UHGV virus genome: UHGV-1366919
DNA from: a virus
Direction: 5' to 3' (one strand)
Length of the DNA stretch: 64,000 nucleotides
Shown: piece after piece, positions 47,712-57,241 of the stretch
How the letters are laid out: every line of letters starts with the position of its first letter
How positions within the stretch are numbered: position 1 is the stretch's first letter
The notes under the pieces: generated by a model
What the model was told of the DNA's origin: nothing
The model's input: only the letters and a program-made list of their open reading frames with translations
Databases searched by the model: none
Translations under genes and position numbers: made by a program

Positions 47712-48761
47712 TTAATTACCAGCAGGTTTAAAATCCGCAATATTCAGAACCTTAAACAAACCATCATTTTGATTAGCTCCTCCCATAATCAGCATTGAAG
47801 GAAGTTTAATATCTTTGAAAGATTCAAAAAACTTAATTCGAGCATAATTACTTCCCATTGCTGCATTCAATTCTCGAATTGCTTCAGCTTCAAGCTTCTT
47901 ACCTTGAGCTTCTGCAGTCTTCATAGCAAGAAGAGCTTCTGCTTCATTTTTCTTTTGAGCAAGCATGGCCAAAGACTCTTGTTCTCGGCGATACCTTGCA
48001 GCATCAGATTCAGCCTTAGCCTGAAGAAGCTTACCTTGAGCTTCTGCAGCCATCTTATTGGCAATTGCCCGGCCTTCTGCATTAGCAATCTCTTCGGAAC
48101 GCTTTGCAATTTCAAGCTGGGTAGCCTGGCGTTCATATTCCTGAGTAGCCTCAACCTTCTTAGTAATACCAAGAGTCACCGATTCAGGCGGAATAGTGGA
48201 ACCAATAGTTACACTTTCAACAATAAATGGAGTACCATTAAGTTGCTTCTTAAGGTTAGTCTCTACCATCTTGGTGATTTCCGGAATCCGGGAAGGAGCT
48301 TCTAGGCCTTTAAACTTAGCAATAGCAGATCGTACTTCAGTACGGAAAGGTTGCTGAATAAATGAAGCATAAGCATCTTGAGCAATAGCTTCCGGGCTTC
48401 GAGCTGTTTCAGAGATAGCTCCATAATTTTCAACAAATTCCTTTACTTTTTCACTGTCGATACGATAAACAAGATAAGATTCAGCCTTCATCTTAAGTTG
48501 GTCCGAACTGCGGACATCATCAAAAGTTTCAGTCTGAGTATAAGGAGTTACGCAAATCTTAATAGAATTCTGCCTCCATACCATACCTGTACTACCGGGT
48601 CCTTTAATTACTTGTTTAAATTCCTTCGAACCAAATATTGGTTCGGAATAAACATAACCCGCATAACCGCCATCAATTTTTTCATTTGAAAAATTAACGG
48701 CAAAAATAATAGCCGCAACAATGGCAATAATTAGAAATAGAGCTGCAAAAAAATCCTTCAT
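47712..48761 (-). CDS. SPFH/band-7 (flotillin/HflK-like) membrane protein
   Basis: N-terminal TM, SPFH core, C-terminal Ala/Glu-rich coiled coil (EAEGRAIANKMAAEAQGKLLQAKAESDAARYRREQ). Confidence 0.6.
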   Translation of the reverse strand: MKDFFAALFLIIAIVAAIIFAVNFSNEKIDGGYAGYVYSEPIFGSKEFKQVIKGPGSTGMVWRQNSIKICVTPYTQTETFDDVRSSDQLKMKAESYLVYRIDSEKVKEFVENYGAISETARSPEAIAQDAYASFIQQPFRTEVRSAIAKFKGLEAPSRIPEITKMVETNLKKQLNGTPFIVESVTIGSTIPPESVTLGITKKVEATQEYERQATQLEIAKRSEEIANAEGRAIANKMAAEAQGKLLQAKAESDAARYRREQESLAMLAQKKNEAEALLAMKTAEAQGKKLEAEAIRELNAAMGSNYARIKFFESFKDIKLPSMLIMGGANQNDGLFKVLNIADFKPAGN

Positions 48762-48808
48762 GTTTTATTTTCTTTTTATTTTTTATGTGACTAATATTAA
48801 TATTAATA

Positions 48809-49258
48809 TTATACAGAAATATTATTAATAACTGGAATTCCAACCACTGGAATCTTGGTCTTTAACTTAATCTTATAATCCCCCACAACTAAATCCTTTG
48901 CTTTTATCTTAGAAATAGCATTGGAAACCGTAGTGATATTATATTTTTTACCTCGTTGAGACTTCACAACATCGATAAGATTTCGTTCAACTGCCAACTG
49001 AACTTCTGAATCACTAAGTTCCTCAGGAGCTTGAATAATTACATAAGAACGATCTTGAAATTGTTCGACTTCTGTATCATCCAAAACAATCGGCATTACA
49101 AGAAATCGATTTTTAACTCGATTTTTCTTTTCGGTCAATTCTTTCTCTTGCTCAACAAGAGCCTTTGCTTCCTCCAGAATAATTTTTTGTTTATCCTGAG
49201 GTACTTTAGAAGCCGCAAGAATCATCTCAAGGTCTTCAATATCAATTTTTAGTGCCAT
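48809..49258 (-). CDS. hypothetical protein (149 aa)
   Basis: ORF. Confidence 0.45.
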   Translation of the reverse strand: MALKIDIEDLEMILAASKVPQDKQKIILEEAKALVEQEKELTEKKNRVKNRFLVMPIVLDDTEVEQFQDRSYVIIQAPEELSDSEVQLAVERNLIDVVKSQRGKKYNITTVSNAISKIKAKDLVVGDYKIKLKTKIPVVGIPVINNISV

Positions 49259-49261
49259 AGT

Positions 49262-49828
49262 TTATATTTGATATGTGATTAAATCCGTTGTCAATTTATT
49301 AATTGTTTCAATAAATGCTACCGGGATAGCTTCTTCAATTTTTAGTAAAAGTAATTTTAAGTTCTCATTAACTTTAGGGCCAAATAAAATATATTGAGTA
49401 TCATTGTTTAAATCGACAGAATAAGCTTTAAAATTTGCTTGATTAAAACTTATAACTGTAAATCTATCAACAATTAAATTGTTTTTTAAAAAAGTCTCTC
49501 TGACAAAATTCTCAAGATCTCTGGAATAAATTCCTCTATGATGATCTACTTCTACTTCAATTAAAAAAGATTGATTTATATCAATAAAGTGGTCAAATGA
49601 AGCTATTCCTAAAGTATTCCACCAAGTAAAATACCTTTCATTAAGGCCATTCTTTACTTTAATGATTTTGCTTTTATTGGCAAATGGAGAGTAAATTGTA
49701 AAAGCATGTTTAAAATCTTCAATAGTCCTGTAAGCAGGATCTTCAAAGAATTCTTCTTCAAATAAATCGACTTGGTAAGTTTTACCATTACCAAGTCGAT
49801 CAATAAGTTTGAAAACTGCTTGTTTCAT
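49262..49828 (-). CDS. hypothetical protein (188 aa)
   Basis: ORF. Confidence 0.45.
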   Translation of the reverse strand: MKQAVFKLIDRLGNGKTYQVDLFEEEFFEDPAYRTIEDFKHAFTIYSPFANKSKIIKVKNGLNERYFTWWNTLGIASFDHFIDINQSFLIEVEVDHHRGIYSRDLENFVRETFLKNNLIVDRFTVISFNQANFKAYSVDLNNDTQYILFGPKVNENLKLLLLKIEEAIPVAFIETINKLTTDLITYQI

Positions 49829-50502
49829 TAACTCTCAGCAACACGAGCCTTCAAACGGGCAAGAGCATCTTCTTTAGATACAGATTCAATAAATTCATTC
49901 ATTTCATCTTTAGTATCATTAAGAGTTCCGCTTACTTCAATTGAAGCATCGGCCTTAGAATCTTTCTTTTCAAGAATCTTATCTACATCTGCCAGCATCC
50001 CGTTAAAATCATTTTTGCCTGAAATATTCGCAATATCCTTCAAAGCAGCAAGATCTTCCTTCATAGCAGCAGATGCAGCCTTCAACTTAATCTGTTCAAT
50101 TCGAGAATCATAAGAATTAAGAACAACTCTTTGATTACTAATCAACTTATCATAAGTTGCAGTTGCTTCTTCAAGAGCCTTTTCAGCCATATCAAGCTGT
50201 GCCTTAGTATTTTCATATTGAAGAGAAAATTCGGCGGCAAGACTTTCCTTGCCATTCTTAAGAGCAAGAATGGCTCGTTCATTGAGAACTTGAACCTTTT
50301 GCTTAAGACTCTTTACATTTTTAGTCATGTTGTTTACTGTAGTCTTTACAGCAACCAATCGTTCATAAATTTCTTGCTCGGCCTTGCTCTTTTCATCTTC
50401 GAGAGACGCAATAAGAGCATCAACATTCTTACTTTCAAGTGAATTTACACCAAGATTAAGCCAGCCAAACAAAACACGTCCCAAACGTCCAATAATTCTC
50501 AT
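49828..50502 (-). CDS. PspA/IM30-like coiled-coil protein
   Basis: The N-terminal amphipathic helix MRIIGRLGRVLFGWLNLGVNSLE and long coiled coil resemble PspA/Vipp1. Confidence 0.45.
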   Translation of the reverse strand: MRIIGRLGRVLFGWLNLGVNSLESKNVDALIASLEDEKSKAEQEIYERLVAVKTTVNNMTKNVKSLKQKVQVLNERAILALKNGKESLAAEFSLQYENTKAQLDMAEKALEEATATYDKLISNQRVVLNSYDSRIEQIKLKAASAAMKEDLAALKDIANISGKNDFNGMLADVDKILEKKDSKADASIEVSGTLNDTKDEMNEFIESVSKEDALARLKARVAES

Positions 50503-50508
50503 ATATTT

Positions 50509-50778
50509 TTAAATTTTAATTTTTTGATTTTCGTCCAAATATTTGTATTCGTTAAGTATTACAAATTGATTTTTAATACTTTCTTTATCCCAATTAACTC
50601 CAATTTCTTTGAATTTATTAACGCTTAATTTAATTTCAGTCTGCCCGTTTCTTATTAACCAAAACTTGGCTTTTTCATCAATTGTTATTTCTCCATCAGA
50701 AGGAATTAAAGTATGGTAATAATTTTCAAGAAATGCTTTTTGATTGCGCGTCCAAAGCCATTTAGGATAATCAAGCAT
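50509..50778 (-). CDS. hypothetical protein (89 aa)
   Basis: ORF with the AAAGGTG motif upstream. Confidence 0.4.
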   Translation of the reverse strand: MLDYPKWLWTRNQKAFLENYYHTLIPSDGEITIDEKAKFWLIRNGQTEIKLSVNKFKEIGVNWDKESIKNQFVILNEYKYLDENQKIKI

Positions 50779-50816
50779 ATTAAAATAATAAACTTTTACT
50801 ATTCTTTTAAAGGTGA

Positions 50817-51281
50817 TTAATTTCCTGCGTATTCAACTAAAAGAACAGAAATATCATGCTTTGTTCGAAAATTATACAAAAGATTTTCAAATTCTTTTGG
50901 TTTTACTCGTCCTATACCGCATCCCAAAAAAGGCATTACAACAGTATTAAGATGATGAGTGTTCATAACTTCAAACAAATCGCAAAGAGACAAAGAAATA
51001 TCTCCCAAATTTGCTATTGAACCAGGATAAAACATGGTTGGAACATTGGCAATCATTTTCCAATTATCTTCATCGGACAAATAAAAATAATGGCCTTTAC
51101 CAATATTAACCATTTTAGAATTACAAGAGTTCTGATAACTCCAGTACATTTCAGGAAATTTATCGGCAAAAGCTTTTGCAACTCCTGCTCCCATTACTCC
51201 GATACAATTGACGGCATTGCAAATTACATCCGCCTTTGTATCAAAGATATTTCCTTTTGTTTTAATAACTTTAAGAGACAT
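50817..51281 (-). CDS. macro domain (ADP-ribose binding/processing) protein
   Basis: GNIFDTKADVICNAVNCIGVMGAGVAKAF is the canonical macro-domain N-terminal signature. Confidence 0.7.
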   Translation of the reverse strand: MSLKVIKTKGNIFDTKADVICNAVNCIGVMGAGVAKAFADKFPEMYWSYQNSCNSKMVNIGKGHYFYLSDEDNWKMIANVPTMFYPGSIANLGDISLSLCDLFEVMNTHHLNTVVMPFLGCGIGRVKPKEFENLLYNFRTKHDISVLLVEYAGN

Positions 51282-51586
51282 TATAACTCTGGTTCATATT
51301 CAATATTACGAAGAATGAATTCTTCCAACCATTCTTGTGAAAGAACTCCAGTGTAGGATTCAAGCTTGTCATAGTTCTCATCACAAGCAACAAAAGTAGG
51401 AACAGATCGAATTTCGAACTTTTTAACATAAGGCATTGCCGAATTATCCTGATCGACAACAAAACTCATGAATTCGATTTCAGGATCTTTTTTATATTTT
51501 TCAACTACACGTTCCCAGGCTGGTTTCATCATACGGCATGGACCACATGTAGAAGAAGAAAAAAGTAAAAATTTAGTCATTATCAA
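51281..51586 (-). CDS. thioredoxin (T4 NrdC-like redoxin)
   Basis: SSSTCGPCRMMKP contains the CGPC active site; about 100 aa. Confidence 0.75.
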   Translation of the reverse strand: MIMTKFLLFSSSTCGPCRMMKPAWERVVEKYKKDPEIEFMSFVVDQDNSAMPYVKKFEIRSVPTFVACDENYDKLESYTGVLSQEWLEEFILRNIEYEPEL

Positions 51587-51797
51587 AAATAATAATAGTT
51601 AGTAGAGCGATAATTCCCCCGAAAATAATTCCAAGAATAGTAGCAGCAATAGAAATCCAAGTTGGAGAAAATAACTGAATCCAATTCCAATTAGTAAAAG
51701 GCTCATAACCAAACCAATACCAAAATAGAATCATCATCTGAAGAAATCCTCCAACAGATAAACCATTATTAATAGCTTTATTTGTTATATTCTTCAT
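51573..51797 (-). CDS. small two-TM membrane protein
   Basis: ORF; hydrophobic. Confidence 0.4.
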   Translation of the reverse strand: MKNITNKAINNGLSVGGFLQMMILFWYWFGYEPFTNWNWIQLFSPTWISIAATILGIIFGGIIALLTIIIFDND

Positions 51798-51819
51798 TAA
51801 AAATATAATATGAAAATTC

Positions 51820-52155
51820 TTAGTTATCGAAAGTGCTCAACTCTGAAGTTTGAAGTTCTGCATTCCAAATTGGTTTCCAACTATATTTGTCATCATAAGG
51901 AGTCATAGGAATAATCCTGGGAGCTTCTTTATTATTAATAACTTTTTCTTTATTAATAATATCTTGAGCCTCTTTATAACATTTCTCCATAATAGATGAA
52001 ATATTATCAGACTTAATAGTTGCTATCGGCTTCTTTTCCTCTTCAATAATAATATTAATAATCTTCCTAAGTTTAAAATCTGACAACTTGGAAAGATCAA
52101 TTTGTTTTACCATTTTGATAAGGATTTCTCTTTGAGTTTCAGTTTCCGAGCTCAT
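51820..52155 (-). CDS. hypothetical protein
   Basis: ORF. Confidence 0.4.
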   Translation of the reverse strand: MSSETETQREILIKMVKQIDLSKLSDFKLRKIINIIIEEEKKPIATIKSDNISSIMEKCYKEAQDIINKEKVINNKEAPRIIPMTPYDDKYSWKPIWNAELQTSELSTFDN

Positions 52156-52369
52156 CTTTAAATTTGTTTAAAAGTTTTTGTTGCTGTTCTTTTGTCAAGG
52201 AATTAAAGAATTTAAGAAAAGGATTTTCTCGAATCTTCTTAAATTCTTCCCCAATAGTCTTGAATGTTTCATCAAGCTCTTTTTTGAAATTAGAAATTTC
52301 GGCCGATTGAATCTTTTTTCGAAGATCTTCTACTGGTTTTGGATCACGTGGTTTAAATTTTAAGCTCAT
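52139..52369 (-). CDS. hypothetical protein
   Basis: ORF. Confidence 0.4.
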   Translation of the reverse strand: MSLKFKPRDPKPVEDLRKKIQSAEISNFKKELDETFKTIGEEFKKIRENPFLKFFNSLTKEQQQKLLNKFKDELGN

Positions 52370-52671
52370 GAATATTTTCCGTTTCTTTTCTTAATGGTTC
52401 TTAATTCTTGAATACTAGCTAATTCTTTTTCTTCGTTAATATAATAATTAAAAATTAACTTTGCAGCTTTATATTGTGCATCCATATCATTCCATTTATA
52501 TGGAAAAATCGCAAGAATTGTATTCCCTGTAATTATTCTAAATTCAGAATTAAAATGAACTCCTCCCCAATCATCGACATAACTATCTTCAAATCTAACT
52601 AATTCAATCGATCCCGATTTTTTGTCGTGCTTCTCTATATTTTTCATCAATTTTTTTCGAGGATTTCTCAA
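52366..52671 (-). CDS. hypothetical protein
   Basis: ORF. Confidence 0.4.
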   Translation of the reverse strand: MRNPRKKLMKNIEKHDKKSGSIELVRFEDSYVDDWGGVHFNSEFRIITGNTILAIFPYKWNDMDAQYKAAKLIFNYYINEEKELASIQELRTIKKRNGKYS

Positions 52672-52936
52672 GAAATGCTTTTATCTTATCTTCAAAAAGA
52701 CTTTCAAGACAAATTATTAATGCCACTAATAATGATATAGGCCAAAATATAGATAAGAATAATTTAAAAAATAAAGATTCCTTTATTCCTTCATATAAAA
52801 AACAATATAAAAAACTAAATGGATGCTTTATTGCTTTTTTAAAACTAAAATTTAAATTAAAATCTATAAAATCATAAAGATTAAATCCTAAAAAAGATAA
52901 AAAAGCAATAATGATATATCCTGCTAATATATTCAT
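52604..52936 (-). CDS. hypothetical membrane protein
   Basis: ORF; hydrophobic. Confidence 0.35.
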   Translation of the reverse strand: MNILAGYIIIAFLSFLGFNLYDFIDFNLNFSFKKAIKHPFSFLYCFLYEGIKESLFFKLFLSIFWPISLLVALIICLESLFEDKIKAFLEKSSKKIDEKYREARQKIGID

Positions 52937-53268
52937 AATTCTTTAATTTCTTCGGGAAGAACTTTTTTACGAAGCAAACTTTCTTTAAACCATTTGAAGT
53001 TTTTAATAGAAAACCAGCTAAATTTTTCATCAGGCTTAAAAAATTCTTTCTTAAAAGATAGAAGATCGTTAAATATTTCCACCCTCATCTGATTATAAAA
53101 TTTATCATCTGTAACTACAATAATTTGACCATTTTCCTTTTCATAAAGAGTCAAAATATCTCCTTCTGTTTGACCAAAATAAATTTCTTTGGCGTTAAAC
53201 TTATATGTTATTCCATCAGATCTATTGACAATAGTCCGATTAATACAGTCTTTACAGTCTTTATCCAT
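52933..53268 (-). CDS. hypothetical protein
   Basis: ORF. Confidence 0.4.
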   Translation of the reverse strand: MDKDCKDCINRTIVNRSDGITYKFNAKEIYFGQTEGDILTLYEKENGQIIVVTDDKFYNQMRVEIFNDLLSFKKEFFKPDEKFSWFSIKNFKWFKESLLRKKVLPEEIKEL

Positions 53269-53285
53269 AATTTATTAAATATTAA

Positions 53286-54428
53286 TTATTTTCTAATTGC
53301 TTTAAACTTCCCAAACCTAGGTACATTAAGATCAGGAGTTAAATCCTGATAAATGATAGTTGCCATCTTGCCTTCATAAAGTGCTCGATTTTTGAAAAAT
53401 TCACGTTTAGCAGGTTCATCCCAGCCTTTACCCATACCTACTGAAAATTGAACTCCATTTTCATCTTCACAAATTATTTGTGCTGCTTGTCCGGCATGAT
53501 TACCCCGTCCATCAAGAATTTGAACAATCTTATATTCGCTATCTTGAAATCGCTTATACTTTACAAGATTAGAAGAACGTCCTTCATCATAAGTCATCTC
53601 GGGATTACGAAGCATAATTCCTTCAAATCCATTTTCGATTGCATCATCTAAATAAGCTTCTACCTCTTCAAAAGAATTAACTTCAAATTGAGTAACACCC
53701 AAACTATACTTTAATGTAATATTATTAATCTGAAGGGGATAAAGATGATGACAACATTGATTAAGCTTGGTATGCTTATTACGGTCCTTATAAGGAATCT
53801 TTGTATTTCGTTCCGCAAAATCAAAAGCATGAAATTTAATAATGCTTTTTGTTTTTGCCAGGAATTCTTCAGTAATATTCTTAGTTCTAGAAATCAAAGA
53901 TGCAACTTGATTAAAATCATCTCTAAGTTCATGAGAATATAATTCTCCATCAATAATTGCATTAGGATTAGCAATGAAATAAGGTTTCAACTCCTCAAAT
54001 ACATGAGGGCATGAAAGAATCTCATGATGAGTCCTTGAAAACATTCCTTTAGCACAAATATAACATCTAAAGCCATCTAATTTGGCAGAAGCAAATTGAG
54101 GAAATTTAATAAATTTCTTTCTTGCTTTAAATTCTTTGGCAAGAGTTACTTCAAATTGTTTTTCAGTTGGAATAGTATCTTGAAACCCCCTTTTCCTTTG
54201 CTTTTCAATTCGAGATTGTACTTCTAAAGCACATTGCTGTTCAGGAGTAGTAGCATTAGAACGACCTTCATTCTTACCTTCACAATAAGTCGGTTCAGTC
54301 GTAGTAATAGCTCCCCCTACTCGACCAGAAGACATAGTATACCAATTACTGGAATCGTCATAAGATATACTCCATGTAATAGGATTGCCTTTCTTATCGA
54401 GATTAAACAATTCGAAAGATTTAATCAT
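53286..54428 (-). CDS. ATP-dependent polynucleotide ligase (KxDGxR nucleotidyltransferase; DNA ligase-like)
   Basis: Motif I SAKLDGFRCY. The 380-aa protein has an extra N-terminal region of about 100 aa. Confidence 0.55.
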   Translation of the reverse strand: MIKSFELFNLDKKGNPITWSISYDDSSNWYTMSSGRVGGAITTTEPTYCEGKNEGRSNATTPEQQCALEVQSRIEKQRKRGFQDTIPTEKQFEVTLAKEFKARKKFIKFPQFASAKLDGFRCYICAKGMFSRTHHEILSCPHVFEELKPYFIANPNAIIDGELYSHELRDDFNQVASLISRTKNITEEFLAKTKSIIKFHAFDFAERNTKIPYKDRNKHTKLNQCCHHLYPLQINNITLKYSLGVTQFEVNSFEEVEAYLDDAIENGFEGIMLRNPEMTYDEGRSSNLVKYKRFQDSEYKIVQILDGRGNHAGQAAQIICEDENGVQFSVGMGKGWDEPAKREFFKNRALYEGKMATIIYQDLTPDLNVPRFGKFKAIRK

Positions 54429-54466
54429 TATTTTTTAATAAATTATTTCTTAAAAATCGATGGTGT

Positions 54467-54790
54467 TTAAACTATCTCCTTAAAGTCAAAAGTCTCATCA
54501 TCCTCATTGATAAATGAAACAAGATGGTAAGTTTCATCAGAAAATCCGTCTGAAACTTTTACTTTAATTTCCCACCCTTCCCCGAACAATCCTCCATAAG
54601 TACCCCAGAAAATTTGAGAAGCACAAAATTTAGCAGCATCCGCCATATTTTGGATATTGTTAGCTTTAATATCATATTTGTTAACAATCAAATAACCATG
54701 TTTCTTAACTTTTCCGTCATCCCAAAGTTCTTTAGCAATGCAAACATAATTTGCATCCTTAAGAAGTGACATATTAATCTTTTTACTCAT
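54467..54790 (-). CDS. hypothetical protein (107 aa), overlaps the upstream NTase gene by 8 nt
   Basis: ORF. Confidence 0.4.
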   Translation of the reverse strand: MSKKINMSLLKDANYVCIAKELWDDGKVKKHGYLIVNKYDIKANNIQNMADAAKFCASQIFWGTYGGLFGEGWEIKVKVSDGFSDETYHLVSFINEDDETFDFKEIV

Positions 54791-55829
54791 AAAAATTTAA
54801 AATATAATTCTTAAAAAATTCCTTATCAGGTTTTTCAGGTAATTTTGACTTATTAAACAATTCTTTTAATTCTAAAGATTTTTCATTTGCCAACTTCATT
54901 AGATAATCATATTCAAAATCGCCATTTCTAATCTTTAAAAGAAATTGTCTTAAAATAGGATTACATTTAACCGTTAATGTTCCATCTTTTAAAATCTCTC
55001 TGCAAAGACTCATAAGACGGAAAAGATGCATCATATTCTTTGTATCATAAAAGGTTTTATCAGACGTCTTTTCTACATTTGTTGCATATCTTTTTTCATT
55101 CCTTTTAGCAACCCAATCCCAGTATTCTTTATATTCTTTACAATATTTCTGATAAGCCGGAATATTAATAATCACATAGGCTGCGGTATTTGCATTTTTT
55201 GGAACCGATGTAATATTAATGTTCATGTCTAAAATAGGTCCGGCTTTACAAGGATGATTATAAAGTACATAAACATTTTCAGCATGATTCATTTTACAAA
55301 GAGATAAATTAGTCTCTTTAATACCACAGCATTCCAACCAGTCTCGATAAGGAATAGAATGTTGATAGCACAACACCCAGCTAAAATCTTTTAACGTTTT
55401 TCTTTCTTTAGGAAAAGGATTAGCTGACTTTTTATTAACGTTTTTGGCCTTTAAAATTTGAGATTCAGCATAAGCTCCAAAAGTATAAAAACATTTCTTG
55501 GAAAGAACTTTTTCAATTAGGGGATCAAATCGTTTATCCCTAATTTTAACATGTTCAGGATCAGTAGTAAACAAAACTTCAAGAGCCGAAGGAGTATTCT
55601 TTCTTAGTTGTTCAAGGAAGAATCCAATCTCGGTATAGATAGTATCATTATTATTCTCCTGGATTACCTTTTCATATTCACCAACTAATATATCTTTAAC
55701 AGGATGAGCAAAAACACCTCTAATATCAACATCCGAATCTTTAGTATTCAACCCATAAGAAATACTTCCCGCAATAACGCTCAATAATACTTCTTTACCC
55801 TTCAGAGGTCCTTCTCCACTTAAACACAT
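54783..55829 (-). CDS. Pol-beta superfamily nucleotidyltransferase (minimal NTase motif GS-x9-DxD); possibly RNA-repair-associated (RlaP-like)
   Basis: AGSISYGLNTKDSDVDIRGV matches the G[SG]...D.D nucleotidyltransferase fold signature. Confidence 0.5.
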   Translation of the reverse strand: MCLSGEGPLKGKEVLLSVIAGSISYGLNTKDSDVDIRGVFAHPVKDILVGEYEKVIQENNNDTIYTEIGFFLEQLRKNTPSALEVLFTTDPEHVKIRDKRFDPLIEKVLSKKCFYTFGAYAESQILKAKNVNKKSANPFPKERKTLKDFSWVLCYQHSIPYRDWLECCGIKETNLSLCKMNHAENVYVLYNHPCKAGPILDMNINITSVPKNANTAAYVIINIPAYQKYCKEYKEYWDWVAKRNEKRYATNVEKTSDKTFYDTKNMMHLFRLMSLCREILKDGTLTVKCNPILRQFLLKIRNGDFEYDYLMKLANEKSLELKELFNKSKLPEKPDKEFFKNYILNFYE

Positions 55830-55858
55830 GAATTCATTTTATAAATTTCCTTAAAACT

Positions 55859-55865
55859 TGAAGGT
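55859..55865 (-). promoter_or_regulatory. conserved element CACCTTCAAG ... TATAAA 28 nt before the NTase gene 54783..55829
   Basis: Plus-strand GAAGGTG instance. Confidence 0.35.
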
Positions 55866-55947
55866 GTTTAATGGTAAAAATAAAAGAGAGAAATGCTTGA
55901 AAAATAAAGCATTTCTCTCAAGTTATATAGCTTTTTCTAAGCTTCTT

Positions 55948-56388
55948 TTACGCTTTAGGGACGACTTTTACCGGACGTCCGGTCTTAATCGCCAATTGAA
56001 TGCCAGAGTCAATAGCAGACTTGATAGATTCTAAAGCCATCATCAATTTTTCATTATCATGAATCTTTGCCATATTTTCGTCATATACATTCATGATTTC
56101 AGAAACAACCTTATCTACAATTTGCTTCGAGAACAATTTAGACAAAGCTTCTGTCAGCTTGGCCTGAAGTTCATCCCGGGTAACTTGATCGTTCTTAATA
56201 ATAGTTCCAATAATGTCAGAAGCCTTTTGGAAAGCCGCCAATGTTTCAGCATCCTTTCGAATAGACGAGGACACAACACATGCTCCGGAACAAACCATCA
56301 AATCTTCTTTTCCTTGCTTATCTAAAAGCATATTTTGAGAACAGGAACACATAATTCCCCCTACCAGCAATGATAAAATAATTTTCAT
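55948..56388 (-). CDS. secreted or lipoprotein-like protein (146 aa)
   Basis: N-terminal MKIILSLLVGGIMCSCSQ signal. Confidence 0.45.
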   Translation of the reverse strand: MKIILSLLVGGIMCSCSQNMLLDKQGKEDLMVCSGACVVSSSIRKDAETLAAFQKASDIIGTIIKNDQVTRDELQAKLTEALSKLFSKQIVDKVVSEIMNVYDENMAKIHDNEKLMMALESIKSAIDSGIQLAIKTGRPVKVVPKA

Positions 56389-56398
56389 ATAATTTTAA

Positions 56399-57235
56399 TT
56401 AATTTACTTCTTCAAGAACTTCAAATCTATTTGTGCGAATCTTTCCATCCTTGAAAGAGATATAATGAAGATCTTTAAAAAATATTCTTACTTTGATAAT
56501 TTTTTCAGAACAATATACTTTGGCATTTATATAATCCCAAACACTTAATCCAAAAGAATTATCTACATCATCCTTGTCGCATATATCCGTATATGTGTTG
56601 CCTACTTCATATGTTATACGTGATGTCATAGTAGAAGTATTATCTTTCTTAATTCCCTTATAAGCTATAAAAGAATGTTCATCGTAATCTTCATACTTAA
56701 TACCTGATGTTTTTTCCGCAAATCTTAGTGTTTCCTTCTTATTTTCTTCAGGCTCATGAGCTTTATTATATTCTCTCCAGAGCGTTTCTGCCAAAAACTC
56801 GGGCTTGTTGTCATAAGCTTGAAGCAATTCTAAAATAGTCAACAAAGTTTCTTTATCTAAAGTTTCATCTTGAACAATAATAGCTTTGGCAATTTTTAAA
56901 GCAATGTTAAATTGTGCAATAGCCGTTAAACCACTGTTGTTAATCTTTGCAAAAAACTTATAAAGAAAAGGAACACAAAATAATTGATAGTTTACATCAG
57001 ATTTATAATAAGATTTATAAAACTTTTCTATAAACTTTGTTCTAAATGCTTCATTTTCAAATCTTGGATTTATATGATAAAGAATAATACTTTCAAATAA
57101 TCCATATTTGTCAAGCAAAGAAAAAATCTGATTGTCATTTAAACAATCAGATTTTTTAGAAGCACAAAATAATCTTGCAAAATATTCGTTAGATGTACAA
57201 TCTTGAAATGTTTTATTTTCAAAAAGGAAATCCAT
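56399..57235 (-). CDS. hypothetical protein (278 aa)
   Basis: ORF. Confidence 0.45.
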   Translation of the reverse strand: MDFLFENKTFQDCTSNEYFARLFCASKKSDCLNDNQIFSLLDKYGLFESIILYHINPRFENEAFRTKFIEKFYKSYYKSDVNYQLFCVPFLYKFFAKINNSGLTAIAQFNIALKIAKAIIVQDETLDKETLLTILELLQAYDNKPEFLAETLWREYNKAHEPEENKKETLRFAEKTSGIKYEDYDEHSFIAYKGIKKDNTSTMTSRITYEVGNTYTDICDKDDVDNSFGLSVWDYINAKVYCSEKIIKVRIFFKDLHYISFKDGKIRTNRFEVLEEVN

Positions 57236-57241
57236 ATATTA

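Noticed and set aside
53286-54428. mRNA capping enzyme instead of ligase for the KLDGFR protein
   Set aside because: Bacteriophage context and the absence of triphosphatase or methyltransferase partners make a capping enzyme unlikely, although motif I alone cannot distinguish the two.
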